A DNA stretch of 64,000 nt from Octopus sinensis (taxonomy: Eukaryota). Below the pieces are notes generated by a model. It worked only from the letters and a program-made list of their open reading frames with translations, did no database searches and was not told the DNA's origin. Of the stretch, positions 36,373 through 50,305 are shown in pieces. Each line of letters starts with the position of its first letter. The first letter of the stretch is position 1. Location of the stretch: contig NC_042998.1 of NCBI RefSeq assembly GCF_006345805.1, positions 14,942,001 to 15,006,000 of the forward strand, given 5' to 3'. A program made the position numbers and the translations under genes.

Positions 36373-37133
36373 GTATATACATACACATATATAGATAGAT
36401 ATAGATCAAAACAGTTTGATTTAGAATCTTCACTCGTATATATATATATATATATCTATATATATATATTTATGCACACACACACACATACACATACACA
36501 TGTACATAAATATATGCATACACAGACTCACACACACGCACACACGGGTGAGCACACACATATGAATGTATAAGAGAAAAGACGAGAAGGAAAGCTATGT
36601 TGACTACCCATTACAGATTCACACACACATACACACACACACATGAATACACGCGCACACACACACACACGGATACACGCACGCACACACACTGGCTGAA
36701 AACACCCATAGACACACCCATTATACATTTCTGACAGCAAACCAAGACCGTCCAAGTAATTACCAAAATCGGAGAAATTCACGTCAGAGCATGTTGGTCT
36801 CAGCCGATTAGCGCTAAGTGTTTCGACGACGATCAAAGGAGATGATGTGCTTATCTCCTCGCTTGGCTGATTCTTCGATTGAACTAGATACAATATTTAT
36901 TTCTTTTCTGATCGTCGAAACATATTACTGGTATTGGCAAAATCGACTTTTGACCTTTGATTTCGACTGCATTGTATCTGAGGTATGATCAACTTGACAC
37001 CCGTTTTATTAACGCATTCATTTTCGCTCGCGCATCCACCCCTTCCACTGTCAGAAATACCCGCACGCACACTCATACACACATACACACATACATACAC
37101 ACATGTGTATATATAATCATATAATATATATAT

Positions 37134-37287
37134 AGGCGCAGGTGTGACTGTGTGGTAAATAGCTTGCTTACCAACCACATGATTCCGGGTTAAGTCCGAC
37201 TGCGTGACACTTTGGGTATGCTATAGCCTCAGGCCGACCAAAGCCTTGTGAGTGGATTTGGTAGATGGAAACTGGAAGAGGCCCGTC

Positions 37288-37339
<52 letters not shown>

Positions 37340-37772
37340 ATATAAAGCCATGTTGGATCGTTAGCCCCTACACGCAATTTTTTTCTCTCTTTGTTTCTCC
37401 CCTTGTTTCCTTTCTGTGTATCTTTCTGTTGAAGAGCGTAGGCTCGAAACATAAAAGACTTGTTTTATTTCTATTCCTGAGCGCCATACTAATACATTTG
37501 TTTGTTTGTACTCCACCTGCCTTCGTCTTTTGTTTATTTTCGTAAACCTTCCCGTTATATATATATATGTATGTATTTGGGTGTCTGTGTTCTCCCACTG
37601 TCGCTTGACAACCGATGTTGATGTCCTTACGTCCCCGTAGCAAAAGAGACCGATAGATTAAGTACTAGGCTTACAAAGAATAAGTCCCGTGGTCGATTTC
37701 TTCGACTAAAGGTGGTGCTCCAGCATGGTCGCAGTCAAAAGGCCTGAAACAAGTAAAAGAATAAAAGAAAAG
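37134..37772 (+). mobile_element. SINE family A split by a family F insertion in its central (TA)n
   Basis: 5' half at 37134-37290, family F at 37345-37555, 3' half at 37575-37772. Confidence 0.82.
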
Positions 37773-37964
37773 ATATATATATGTATATACATGCATGCAT
37801 GTATATATATATATATACATATATAAACAGTGATATCTGAGTTTATGAGAATCTTGTTTTTTAAAAGGAAATCTACAAGTCCGTCTACGAGTGCTTGTGA
37901 ATCGGTGATCGCGAGTCTAGTGCAAGTGAAAGTGATTATTATAAATGATTTTGACATATATATA

Positions 37965-38333
37965 CTAGCAGTATCGCCCGGTGTTGCTCGGGTTTGTAAG
38001 GGAAATAACTATAAAGCATTTTTAGAGAGTTATAGCCAAAAAATGGGGAAAAAATGATGGTAAATTTTTTTTTAGTTAAAAAGTTTGAGTTGCGTCCCCT
38101 AGACAGTCTGTGTTTTGTTTGTGTTCTGATTCTCGACCCCATGTCGAATTTATCGATTTTTTTCAGAAGTGGGGGAACTTTTCAAATTTTCGCTGCGTTA
38201 GTTTTGAATTATGACATTGGGCTATGTGTGTGTCAAGTTTCATCAGAATCGGTTGAAAGCCGTGGTCAGGGTGAGGGTACGAGAAAACAGACACACAGAA
38301 ACACACACAGACAAACTGCCGTTTATATAGAGA
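37965..38333 (-). mobile_element. Non-autonomous Helitron-like element
   Basis: Minus strand A|TCTCTATATAAAC ... CCCGAGCAACACCGGGCGATACTGCTAG|T. Confidence 0.75.
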
Positions 38334-38399
38334 TATATATATATATATATATACGAGTGTATGTATGCGTAGATACACTCAAACACTGGAACCTCGCTT

Positions 38400-38640
38400 G
38401 AGTGACTCTACAGAAGTCATTCACGTGACCCGTTTCTTGATGCGTACTACGACGTCTGTGTATGCAGCAATAACGCAGCCGCCCATAACTCTCTTCCTCC
38501 TCCCATTCCCCCTGTTGTGTGCACACTCCCAAGACTCACAAGAGTCACAAGAGTCACTAGTGATTCCGTCTGAGAAAGTCGACTCTTTTGGAATGTCCTT
38601 CTTGCTGTTCATGTCCTTCTTGCAGGCGTTGATTCAGAAA
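38400..38640 (-). mobile_element. Possible Tc1-like transposase fragment
   Basis: Minus strand STFSD... and QQG/GGGRELWAA resemble the FSDE and GGSVMxW motifs. Frameshifted. Confidence 0.3.
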
Positions 38641-38782
38641 CGTCTAACCATGTAGCATTTTAAAGCAGCCCTACAAAACCCAAAGCATTCTACCTATTTC
38701 ATGTTCAAACCAATCAGATCTATCCTCTCACACGTACCTTACAATGTCATTTTAAAAATAGTCAGTAGCATCATCAACGTCT

Positions 38783-40161
38783 AGTAACTAGGAGATCATC
38801 CCAGATTAATGTAAATAATGTAAATAAATGAGGATTACATTTGATAGTAACTAGGAGATCATCCCAGATTAATGTAAATAATGTAAATAAATGAGGATTA
38901 CATTTGATAGTAACTAGGAGATCATCCCAGATTAATGTAATAATGTAAATAAATGAGGATTACATTGATAGTAACTAGGAGATCATCCCAGATTAATGTA
39001 AATAATTAAATAAATAAAAAGATTACATTTGATAGTAACTAGGAGATCATCCCAGATTAATGTAAATAATGTAAATAAATGAGGATTACATTTGATAGTA
39101 ACTAGGAGATCATCCCAGATTAATGTAAATGTAATAATGAAATAAAAAATGGAACATTTGATAGTAACTAGGAGATCATCCCAGATTAATGTAAATAATG
39201 TAAAAAAATGAGGATTACATTTGATAGTAACTAGGAGATCATCCCAGATTAAGTAAATAATGTAAATAAATGAGGATTACATTTGATAGTAACTAGGAGA
39301 TCATCCCAGATTAATGTAATAATGTAAATAAATGAGGATTACATTTGATAGTAACTAGGAGATCATCCCAGATTAATGTAAATAATGTAAATAAATGAGG
39401 ATTACATTTGATAGTAACTAGGAGATCATCCCAGATTAATGTAAATAATGTAAATAAATGAGGATTACATTTGATAGTAACTAGGAGATCATCCCAGATT
39501 AATGTAAATAATGTAAATAAATGAGGATTACATTTGATAGTAACTAGGAGATCATCCCAGATTAATGTAAATAATGTAAATAAATGAGGATTACATTTGA
39601 TAGTAACTAGGAGATCATCCAGATTAATGTAAATAATGTAAATAAATGAGGATTACATTTGATAGTAACTAGGAGATCATCCCAGATTAATGTAAATAAT
39701 GTAAATAAATGAGGATTACATTTGATAGTAACTAGGAGATCATCCCAGATTAATGTAAATAATGTAAATAAATGAGGATTACATTTGATAGTAACTAGGA
39801 GATCATCCCAGATAATGTAAATAATGTAAATAAATGAGGATTACATTTGATAGTAACTAGGAGATCATCCCAGATTAATGTAAATAATGTAATAAATGAG
39901 GATTACATTTGATAGTAACTAGGAGATCATCCCAGATTAATGTAAATTATGTAAATAAATGAGGATTACATTTGATAGTAACTAGGAGATCATCCCAGAT
40001 TATGTAAATAATGTAAATAAATGAGGATTACATTTGATAGTAACTAGGAGATCATCCCAGATTAATGTAAATAATGTAAATAAATGAGGATTACATTTGA
40101 TAGTAACTAGGAGATCATCCCAGATTAATGTAAATAATGTAAATAAATGAGGATTACATTT
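38783..40161. repeat. Tandem satellite, 63-bp unit, about 22 copies
   Basis: Unit TAGTAACTAGGAGATCATCCCAGATTAATGTAAATAATGTAAATAAATGAGGATTACATTTGA. Confidence 0.97.
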
Positions 40162-40319
40162 GGCAGGAGAATTTGAATGGTAAAGAGTTAAAGCAAACGT
40201 TAATGGCATCCATCACATTAGTTTAGGCGCGAAGGCCTGGTCACTGTCAATTGCTCTAATCCTAGCAAGTAAAAAAAAAAGAAATGAAAATAAAAATGAA
40301 AGAAGCTTGGTTATAGTTA

Positions 40320-40484
40320 CAGGCATGGCTGCGTGGATATGAAGCTCATTTTGCAGTCATGGGTTCCCGAGTTCAGTCCCTCTATGTGGCACCTTAGACA
40401 AGCGTCATGTACGATAGACCCGGGCCGACTAATACCATGTGAGTGAATTTTTATTGTCGGAATTTGTGTGAAATCCCGTTTTAT

Positions 40485-40516
<32 letters not shown>

Positions 40517-40770
40517 GTGAGCGGGTGCGCGCGTGTGTGTATGTGTGTGTGTGTGTTTATGTTTGTTCCCACACCACTTGGCAACCAGATTTGGTTTGTA
40601 TACTCCCCCCGGTAACATCGCGTTGCGGCAAAAGAACCGTTAGATTATATGCCATACTTGAAAATACGTAGTGGGGTTGATTCGTTCGACTAAACCCTTC
40701 AATGCAGGCGCCCCCCCCCCACAAGCATGGCTGTATTCCAATGACTGAAGCAAGTAAAAGATAAAAGATT
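40320..40770 (+). mobile_element. Old, diverged family A-like SINE
   Basis: Recognisable head, CORE-like segment, TG repeat and ATGACTGAAGCAAGTAAAAG tail. Confidence 0.6.
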
Positions 40771-41078
40771 AATCACACACATACGTGTGTTTCTGTATTT
40801 ACTTAGATTGGAATGGATTGTCCATGTTTCGTCCACGCCAGGACGAAAGCCTCAACATGTTCTCCCTACTCTGCTACGGTCTGATGTGGAGGCCTTGGAT
40901 TTGAGTTTGAGATCATACTTGTTTGATGAGTCTACTCTGTCATAATGGCTCTAAATGGCTTGGCATGGGATGCAGTTTTTATACTCATACCCAGGTGTAG
41001 TTAAGCCGATTTCACCGAGCTTAGTTTTCAACTGCTTCTTATGTTATTAAAATAAAACAATATATATGAACATATATA

Positions 41079-41385
41079 GCCCCGGGCCGACCAATGCCTT
41101 GTGAGTGGATTTGGTAGACGGAAACTGAAAGAAGCCTGTCGTATATATGTATACATATGTATGTATGTGTGTGTGTTTGTGTGTCTGTGTTTGTCCCCGT
41201 AGCATTGCTTGACAACCGATGGTGGTGTGTGTACGTCCCCGTCACTTAGCGGTTCGGCAAAAGAGACCGATAGAATAAGTACTGGGCTTACAAAGAATAA
41301 GTCTCGGGGTCGATTTGCTCGACTAAAGGCGGTGCTCCAGCATGGCCGCAGTCAAATGACTGAAACAAGTAAAAGAGTAAAAGGG
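41079..41385 (+). mobile_element. SINE family A, 5'-truncated
   Basis: Starts at GCCCCGGGCCGACC and runs to the tail. Confidence 0.88.
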
Positions 41386-41469
41386 TATATACAATAATGA
41401 TAAAATAATAAATACCAAGCAAAACACGGAACGGTTTGTCATTTTTTTGTGGCATTAAAGATCAATAAA

Positions 41470-41770
41470 ATATGTTATAAAGGATGAAAAGCAAAGTCGG
41501 CCCCGGCGAAATTTGAACCCAGAACGCAAGGAAGGACAAAATACCTATTTCTTTACTACCCACAAGGGGCTAAACAAAGAAGGGACAAACAAGGACAGAC
41601 ACACGGATTAAGTCGATTATATCGACCCTAGTGCGTAACTGGTACTTATTTAATCGACCCCAAAAGGATGAAAGGCAAGGTCGACCACGGCAGAATTTGA
41701 ACCCAGAACGCAAGGAAGGACAAAATACCACTAAGTATTTCGTCCGGCGTGATAACAATTCTGCCAGCTC
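41470..41770 (-). mobile_element. SINE family B with tandem partial second copy
   Basis: Both copies share the private variant GTCCTTCCTTGCGTTCTGGG. Junction at ~41545. Confidence 0.82.
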
Positions 41771-42444
41771 TTATTTACTGATATTACGCAATTTTTGAGG
41801 CATCTCCCGAGCATAAACATTCACTGAAAAAGCGCGAAGGAACTCAGATCCACGAGAGACCGTTGACTTTTAACGGTTAAGGTATATTACATTTTGTTTT
41901 GGACACTTAATTAGAAAGAAGGAGAGACAGCAATCATTAGAAGACGAGAAAACGACAGGGAAAACTAGAGGAAATAAACCAAGAATTACGAAGATTGATA
42001 GTATTAATGAATAAAAGAATAAGGATCTAAGGTGCTTTCTGAGCCATAGTCTCCTAAGGTCGGTTTTTCGGATTCTGTGGCAGATACATTCCACCTGTGG
42101 ATGGGATTAGTCATTTTTGTCAGCCGAGTGGACTGGGTTTATGCGAACTGAAATATGCGAACTCGAGAACACAACGTATTGCCTAGTCGAGAAATCGAAA
42201 CCACAATCTTACGATCACACGTGTAACACTCTAACCATAAAACCACGCACCTTCACGTATTGATAATTTGATAAACTGAAATGCCGTGAATGTATGTGTA
42301 GAGCACAGGTAAGAGCGAGATGACGATCCATGACATTCCAAACTAATTGTGGGCAGACATTATCTGATGAAGATGATGACGAAGACAACGATGACGACGA
42401 TGATGATGGTGGTGGTAGTGGTAGTATATAATGACGCTTTGGGA

Positions 42445-42660
42445 AGGCGGCGAGCTGGCAGAATCGTTAGCGCGCTGGACGAAATGCTTAGCGGTATTTC
42501 GCCCGTCGCTACGTTCTGTGTTCAAATTTCGTCGAGGTCGACTTTGCCTTTCATCCTTTCGCAGTCGATAAATTAAGTACCAGTGAAACACTGGGGTCGA
42601 TGTTATCGACTCGTCCCCATTCAAAACAACTTTTCAGGCCTTGTGCCTTCAGTAGAAGGT
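42445..42660 (+). mobile_element. Family B-head SINE with a different 3' tail
   Basis: B head and body, then TCAGGCCTTGTGCCTTCAGTAGAAGG instead of the usual tail. Confidence 0.7.
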
Positions 42661-43579
42661 ATATAATGACGCTGATGATGATGATGATGATAATGATGAT
42701 GATGATGATGAGATGATGATGATGATGATATGAGGGTGATGATGATGATGATGACATTGCCGTTCTTATTGTAATCGCAAGTGGACTCTGGTCAAGCAGG
42801 TCATAAGTCGCAAGTTACTCTGGTTGTTGAACCCCCCCCCAAAAAAAAAACAATGATGTATGGACGCCTGGAAAAAAATATGTCTCCACGTGTCACGTGT
42901 CGATACACAAGACAGGCAAAAGACTGTTTGGACAGCGCCATTTTACAAAGAACACAACAATAAAAAAAGAAGAAAAAAAACCAAAAAAAAAGCAAACGAT
43001 TTCCAGCATTGGCCATTGGCTACTAGGCCACATGCTTTGTAGGTGACCAATTATCGATTACGGTGGCTACAGTACTTGACGTGTCCTTTATTTTATCGCC
43101 CTCAAGAGAAAAGTTCAGTGTAATAGGAGTTCAGAAAGTAAAACCAATGACGAAGTACAGCAGATTATACTCTCTTTACTCTTTTTACTCTTTTACTTGT
43201 TTCAGTCATTTGACTGCGGCCATGCTGGAGCACCGCCTTTAATCGAGCAACTCGACCCCGGGACTTATTCTTTTGTAAGCCCAGTACTTATTCTATCGGC
43301 GAGAAAAAGAAAAGATCTCAGACTGCAGATCGAAAAATTGTCACACTTAATCGTCTTATTCTCTCCTTCTTGACGCAGTTACACATACACATACACATGT
43401 ACGCGTACAGATATACGTACACATTCACAAGTACGTACACAAACAGATACGCACGTAGATAAACACACACACACACATACAAATTATAGTTATGTACGTA
43501 TACACCTATATCTCTCTACATATATATCCAGCAACCTTCTGTTTGCGATACATGCATATACATGCATACATATACACAG

Positions 43580-43613
<34 letters not shown>

Positions 43614-43650
43614 CACACACATCTATATATATATATAATAATATATATAG

Positions 43651-43718
<68 letters not shown>

Positions 43719-44090
43719 CACACACACCATATTTATATATATATATAGATCGATAAACACACACACATCACACCACACATATATACCAGCATATACAATA
43801 ATGTACACATAGCGAAAGAGTATTTATGATACGTAAACACACATACACACACGCGCGCAGACAGATATAAACAAAACGAGAGAAAGAACGGGAGGGAGGG
43901 AGGGAGGGAAAAATAGATAGATAGGTAGATAGACCGAGAGAGAGAGGGAGCGAGAGAGAGAGAAATAGTGAAATTCATACCGGTCTATCACCGTCCATCC
44001 CCACCAGCTAACCTATCTACCTACAAAGATTGACTTTATCAATAAATATAGGAAAAATAAGGCGAGCAGAAATACTAACACCACCAAACA

Positions 44091-44124
<34 letters not shown>

Positions 44125-44441
44125 TACGCGAACACACACACACAATTACGCACACCTTTACAAACATCAATATATTCTGGATATGATGTGTTTCAATAGC
44201 TTTTACGCGCCTAAACATCAAAGGCTATAACTAAAGCGTGTAGAGAGTCTAGCCTATATATATGCGTCTTTCTAAATGTACAGCATTAAATCCATAGGTT
44301 TGTTTTCTTCGGTATCCGGGTGGTAGTTAATCCGAGTGTATGATGACGAAGATCCTCTGTGTCCCGGGTATCTATATATCTGAGAAACCATGCTAGGTGG
44401 ATTTAATGCTATGTCGTTGTAACAAAAAAATGTAAATAGAA

Positions 44442-44512
<71 letters not shown>

Positions 44513-44833
44513 ATACCTGTGTATACTGGAAGATTCACGCCTGTATGAACCACCAGGGTGGGAAAATATAACGCAGAAAAGAAAGTGGGCAAAAATAAAT
44601 AAAAATAATAATAATAAAATAAGATAGGATGATATAAAGCGAAAACAGAGAGAGACAGAGAGAGAGATAGAGATTGATAGAGAGAGAGAAAGATAAGGAA
44701 AGAAAGAGAGAGTTCCAGGTACATAAAATGACATATATAATGATAAACGCCGCTCTATATATGTAAAACATATATATTTACATTTTATGTGTATATACAC
44801 ATACATAGATGTATACACATACACTTCCATAAC

Positions 44834-44920
<87 letters not shown>

Positions 44921-45284
44921 CTATCTATCTATCTATCTATCTGTCTGTGTGTCTTTCTCTGTGTAATATATATAATATATAAGTATGTATGTATGTATGT
45001 ATGTATGTATGTATGTATGTATGTATGTATGTATGTATGTATGTATGTATGTGTGTATGTGTGTATGTATGTATGTATGTATGTATGTATGCGTAGAGCT
45101 TACCAGTTACCTAAGTAAACAGATATGGTAAAGTATAGTTATGTACGTATATACACCTTCTGTATCTCTACATACATATCCAGTAACCCTTCTGTTTGCG
45201 ATACATACACATACATGCATACATAACCCTTCTGTTTGCGATACATACACATACATGCATACATATACAAAGACACACACGCAC

Positions 45285-45325
<41 letters not shown>

Positions 45326-45334
45326 TTTTTGTCT

Positions 45335-45367
<33 letters not shown>

Positions 45368-45476
45368 TGTCTTTTTGTCTTCTCTCCTGGTGCTGTATGA
45401 ACATTTAATGTGGTTTTAGAGTCAGGTTTTAGCTGCTATTTCCAGCGTGGTGGTATCTCTTAGATACCCTAAATTA

Positions 45477-45512
<36 letters not shown>

Positions 45513-46147
45513 GATACGTAGACAAATGTGTGTGCGCGCGTGGATGTGTACGTAGGTAAAATGAATGCGTAGATACCTAGCTAAAACTGTAGACATGAAG
45601 ATAGATAGACCGATAGATAGACTAATGGTCAGATAGCCGGATTGATAAAAGCTTAAAACAAAAAAACCCAGAAAATGAAAGACAGAAAAAGCAAATAAAA
45701 ACAATAACAAAAACAAACAAGAACAGACAGCAACAACCACTTCAGAGGAGAAAAATTCTAAACTAGATACCACAATACTGCTATGCTGACACTAAACAGC
45801 GAGGTAGGAGTTCTTTATTAAAATTTGTCTGCAGTCATTCGCACATGAAGAGCAGTGCACACGCACTTACGTAAGCATGTCAATGCGCACGCGCACATAA
45901 AAATAAAATCGGGCTGTGCACGTTAATGTTTTAATGCATTGCATTAAACACGCAAAAGCGCGCCCCGTTACTCGTGCACACGGGTTGACACGTAATACAC
46001 CGGTGGATGGACTCTCGGAGCTACACGCAAATGCATGCGCCAACATGCATGGTGCGTATGGCTATATAAATTATAAATACGTACATATGCATACGTGTGT
46101 ATATATATAAAATATACACTTTATTAAAACGCAGCAAAAATATCACG

Positions 46148-46193
46148 AAAACTGTTACTCAGAGTTTCACGTTCCCGTTCGTCGGACAGTTTT
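46148..46193 (-). ncRNA. Hammerhead-like motif with U4C core change
   Basis: Minus strand AAAACTGT / CCGACGA / ACG-ggaa-CGT / GAAA / CTC-t-GAG / TA / ACAGTTTT. Perfect 8-bp stem I and GUA triplet. Confidence 0.6.
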
Positions 46194-46366
46194 GTTTATT
46201 ATACACACACACACACATATATATATATGTATATATATGCATGTATGTATACAATATATAATATTATATATATATATATATACATACACACCATATATAT
46301 ATAATATTGTATTTATATATATATACGTGTATTTTTTATATATATGTATATTTATATACATATATG

Positions 46367-46413
<47 letters not shown>

Positions 46414-46556
46414 TGTGTATATATGTGCTCGTATGTGTGTGCGTTTGGGTATCTATCTACCTATCAATCTATCTGTCTGTCTGTCCTAACTATCTGTCTA
46501 TTTATCTATCTGACTATCTGTTTGTCTATCTATATATCTTTCTGACTGTCTGTCTA

Positions 46557-46592
<36 letters not shown>

Positions 46593-46630
46593 CCACGTTA
46601 GGTAGCTAGCTGCTTGTTCTTTATGTATCT

Positions 46631-47007
46631 TATGGCCCTCCGTCGCTTACGACGACGAGGCTTCCAGTTGATCCGATCAACGGAACAGCCTGCTCGTGAA
46701 ATTAACGAGCAAGTGGCTGAGTACTCCACAGACACGTGTACCCTTAACGTAGATCTCGGGAAGATTCAGCGCGACGCAGAGTGTGACAAGGCTGGCCCTT
46801 TGAAGTACAGGTACATCAGAAACAGGAAGAAAAATTGAAAATTGTGATTGAAAGTGTACAGTAAGGTTCACCACCCTTTGCCGAAACACATGGAGCTTTA
46901 GGTGTTTTCACTCAATAAGCACTCACAACGCCCGGTCTGGGAATCGAGACTGCGATCCTACGACCGCCAGTTCGCTGCCCGAACCACTGGGCTATTGCGC
47001 CTCCACC
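46631..47007 (-). mobile_element. SINE family C variant
   Basis: 9-bp TSD TATGTATCT at 46622-46630 and 47008-47016. Confidence 0.85.
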
Positions 47008-47941
47008 TATGTATCTACGTATGTTTGTATGTCTGTTTGCCTATCTGTTTTTCTCTCTTTTTAAATGCCTATGTACCTGTCTGTCTATCTATATATCCCT
47101 ATTGATCGAACGTTTTTTTTTTTGTATGTCCCACCCATCCCACCTCGAAAAGAAAAAAAAAAATCTACATTGTATTTCGTCCATTTTTATTCTGTGTTTA
47201 GCCCTGTGTGGCCACAATAAAAAGTTATATATCACAAAGATCTTTTTTAATAGTAACACACATTACTCTGCAGTTTGGCAAATAATAAATAAATAAATAA
47301 CATAAATAAATAAATAAATAATTTATGTAAATATAAAACAAGAAATAAGAATAAGACAAAACCAGAAACAACATCGACCAAAAATTAAACAACAACAAAC
47401 AAAAAAAAAGGAAACAGACAAAGATGAATAAAACGTAAACAAACAAAGCAAAACCAAAAAAAACAACACAAACCAACTCCGACATATTTCTGTTAACAGT
47501 AACAAATATCTTTTTTTTTTTCCTTCCTTTCTCCCACCTTTCAATTCATGCCCCAACCCCCAAAATAATACATCTCATGTATTATGATCTGCTTAGTGGT
47601 ACGGACGTTTTGAAAACTCAGTTAGGAATCGGATTCAGGCAATGGATTCAAACTGTTTCCTTCGCAGACAGGAACTTTCTTTCGTTCTATAGAGATTTCC
47701 TGTACTTTGTGATGCATGCGGATGCTTGCCTACAATAACACACACACCTGCGTCAGCAATTACTGGCTAAAAATATTTCTCTGTGCGCGTGTGTATGTGT
47801 GTGTATAATACGAATATCATATATATATATGTGTGTGTATATTGTACGTACAAACAAACACACACAATAATATTATATATTTATATATATATATATATAT
47901 ATAAATATATATATATATATCTAAATATATATATATATATA

Positions 47942-47980
<39 letters not shown>

Positions 47981-48040
47981 GATATACACACACATATATG
48001 TATATGTATTCAGATGTATATATGTATATAATATATATAC

Positions 48041-48071
<31 letters not shown>

Positions 48072-48507
48072 CTATATATATAAACACCATACGCACACAT
48101 ATCATGTGTATATGTATATATGTATGAATGTGGGTATATATATATTATATATATATATAATATATATATATATACATACATATTTGCACACAATATATAT
48201 ACATGTATGTATATACACACATACACATATATACATATTCATGTATAAGCCCATGTATGTACTTATGCTAATGTATGTGCCTATACAAGTATACGAGTGT
48301 ATATTCTTATATATGTATATTTAATGTATCTATATTCTTAGTAGTACACACACATACATATTTGTATAATTATTTATTTATACATACATATATATATATA
48401 TGTGTGTGTACATAAACACATAAACATTTTCATGTGTATATATGTATGTATATATGCATAATATATGCTTATACAACACACATATATGTATAATATATAA
48501 CATATAC

Positions 48508-48541
<34 letters not shown>

Positions 48542-48553
48542 ATACATATATAT

Positions 48554-48600
<47 letters not shown>

Positions 48601-49651
48601 CAGATTAATGCCAGACACAAAGCGGTACAAAAAAAGAAATACACAAATCGATAAATGTGTAGATATGTATTTATAGACGGGCAAAATATTTGATGTAGAG
48701 ATGTATATATGGATAACTAAAAATTCAAAGAATGTAACAGAGATTCATATAGACATTTTGATATGCCGATCGGTAGACTGACAGCTCTTAAATAGTTATA
48801 TAAATAAGTAGAGTGACTGATAGCTATGTCATGTCATATTTATACACACGTACACAGAGAAACATACAGACAGACACACGTATGTATTTTTGTATTAATA
48901 TATAAATATATGTAATATATAAATATATAATATATGTAATATATAAATATATAATATATGTAATATATAAACATATGTAATATATATGTAATATATAAAT
49001 ATATGTAATATATATACATATATACGCACGTATATACATACGTACATACATTTACACACACACACACACATAATGTGTTCGTTGTTTTTTTTCGTTTGTT
49101 ACCCTCTCTTTGTCAGCCTGGAAGAAGAGAGCAGTGTCTGTAGTGATAGTAGGGGTAGAAAACAAAGAATATATGGAAAGAACTGAAGAGTACAGATAGT
49201 TAGAGAGATTGAATATTGAAAAGTGTGTAGGTTAGAAAGAACGAGAGATACACAGAGCGCGACAAAGAGAGATGTTGATACGAACCACTGTAATGAGACG
49301 AAGTTAAACGGAATAAGAAAATACTGCAAAACTCGAATAGAAAACTTTGCTGAAATGTTTGAGTAATAAAATCCTTAACTTTGACATGTGCTTTAATGAA
49401 TAGTTATATTCAAAGCAATGGTTAGTAACTTACGAAACCGGTATGCTTTTGAATCTCTTTAACAATTCACAATAACGACTTTTATTACTTTTATTCCTAC
49501 CTCAGTTCATCTAATTGTAAATATCTTTCGTTACTTTTTATAAAAAGCCTTTACGTTTTTTGATTTCCAATGTGCATTTTCGTTTATTTTTCTTACTTTC
49601 TCCTTACATTACCACGTGTAGTTTCTATTTTCTTTTCGTAACATAATTCTT

Positions 49652-49730
<79 letters not shown>

Positions 49731-49736
49731 TATATA

Positions 49737-49968
49737 AAGGGGTAAAGACCCCCTTCGGTCATGAATGACCATGGATTGCACCTAGAAAGTTACCCTCCTA
49801 GACAAAGTCTGGGCAAGGTTGTTTATGGAAGGCTAGCAGTCGCCCATGCATACCAGCCTCCCCTCTCCACGCCACCAGTGTTATCCAAGGGAAAGACAAA
49901 GGTCGATGCAGCTTGGCACCAGTGACGTCGCAACTCATTTCTACAGCTGAGTGAACTGGAGCAACGTG
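49737..49968 (-). mobile_element. SINE family E, 3' portion
   Basis: Shares CACGTTGCTCCAGT.CACTCAGCTG with family C2. A related tail fragment lies at 470-540. Confidence 0.65.
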
Positions 49969-50262
49969 ATACACAAATATTAGAGAGAATCCACTATGTG
50001 GACGCTCTTACGCTAAAGATAGATCCGCAATGGTCTCAACCACTAAGAATTGTTCTCAAGAAAAATTTTAGCACAACTATGAACGTAAGCGAGCAGGACT
50101 AATGAAATATAAAAAAAAAATATAGATTAACCCCAGACAATTGTTTCACTGTTAATAAATTATGCAATTTTACTTACACAATACATCTACAGATCATCAG
50201 TGGGATTCGTCATGAAATATAATTTGTCGAACTGCACGCTAGATATTAACATGAAGTCATAT

Positions 50263-50305
<43 letters not shown>

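Larger units (their letters stand above)
43400..49070. repeat. Large simple-repeat-rich block (TA, CA, TATG, TATC, GA)
   Basis: Direct reading. Short unique islands are interspersed. Confidence 0.9.

Noticed and set aside
41870-42110. 74-aa minus-strand ORF as a possible host exon
   Set aside because: No recognisable domain and no clear splice-site pair.
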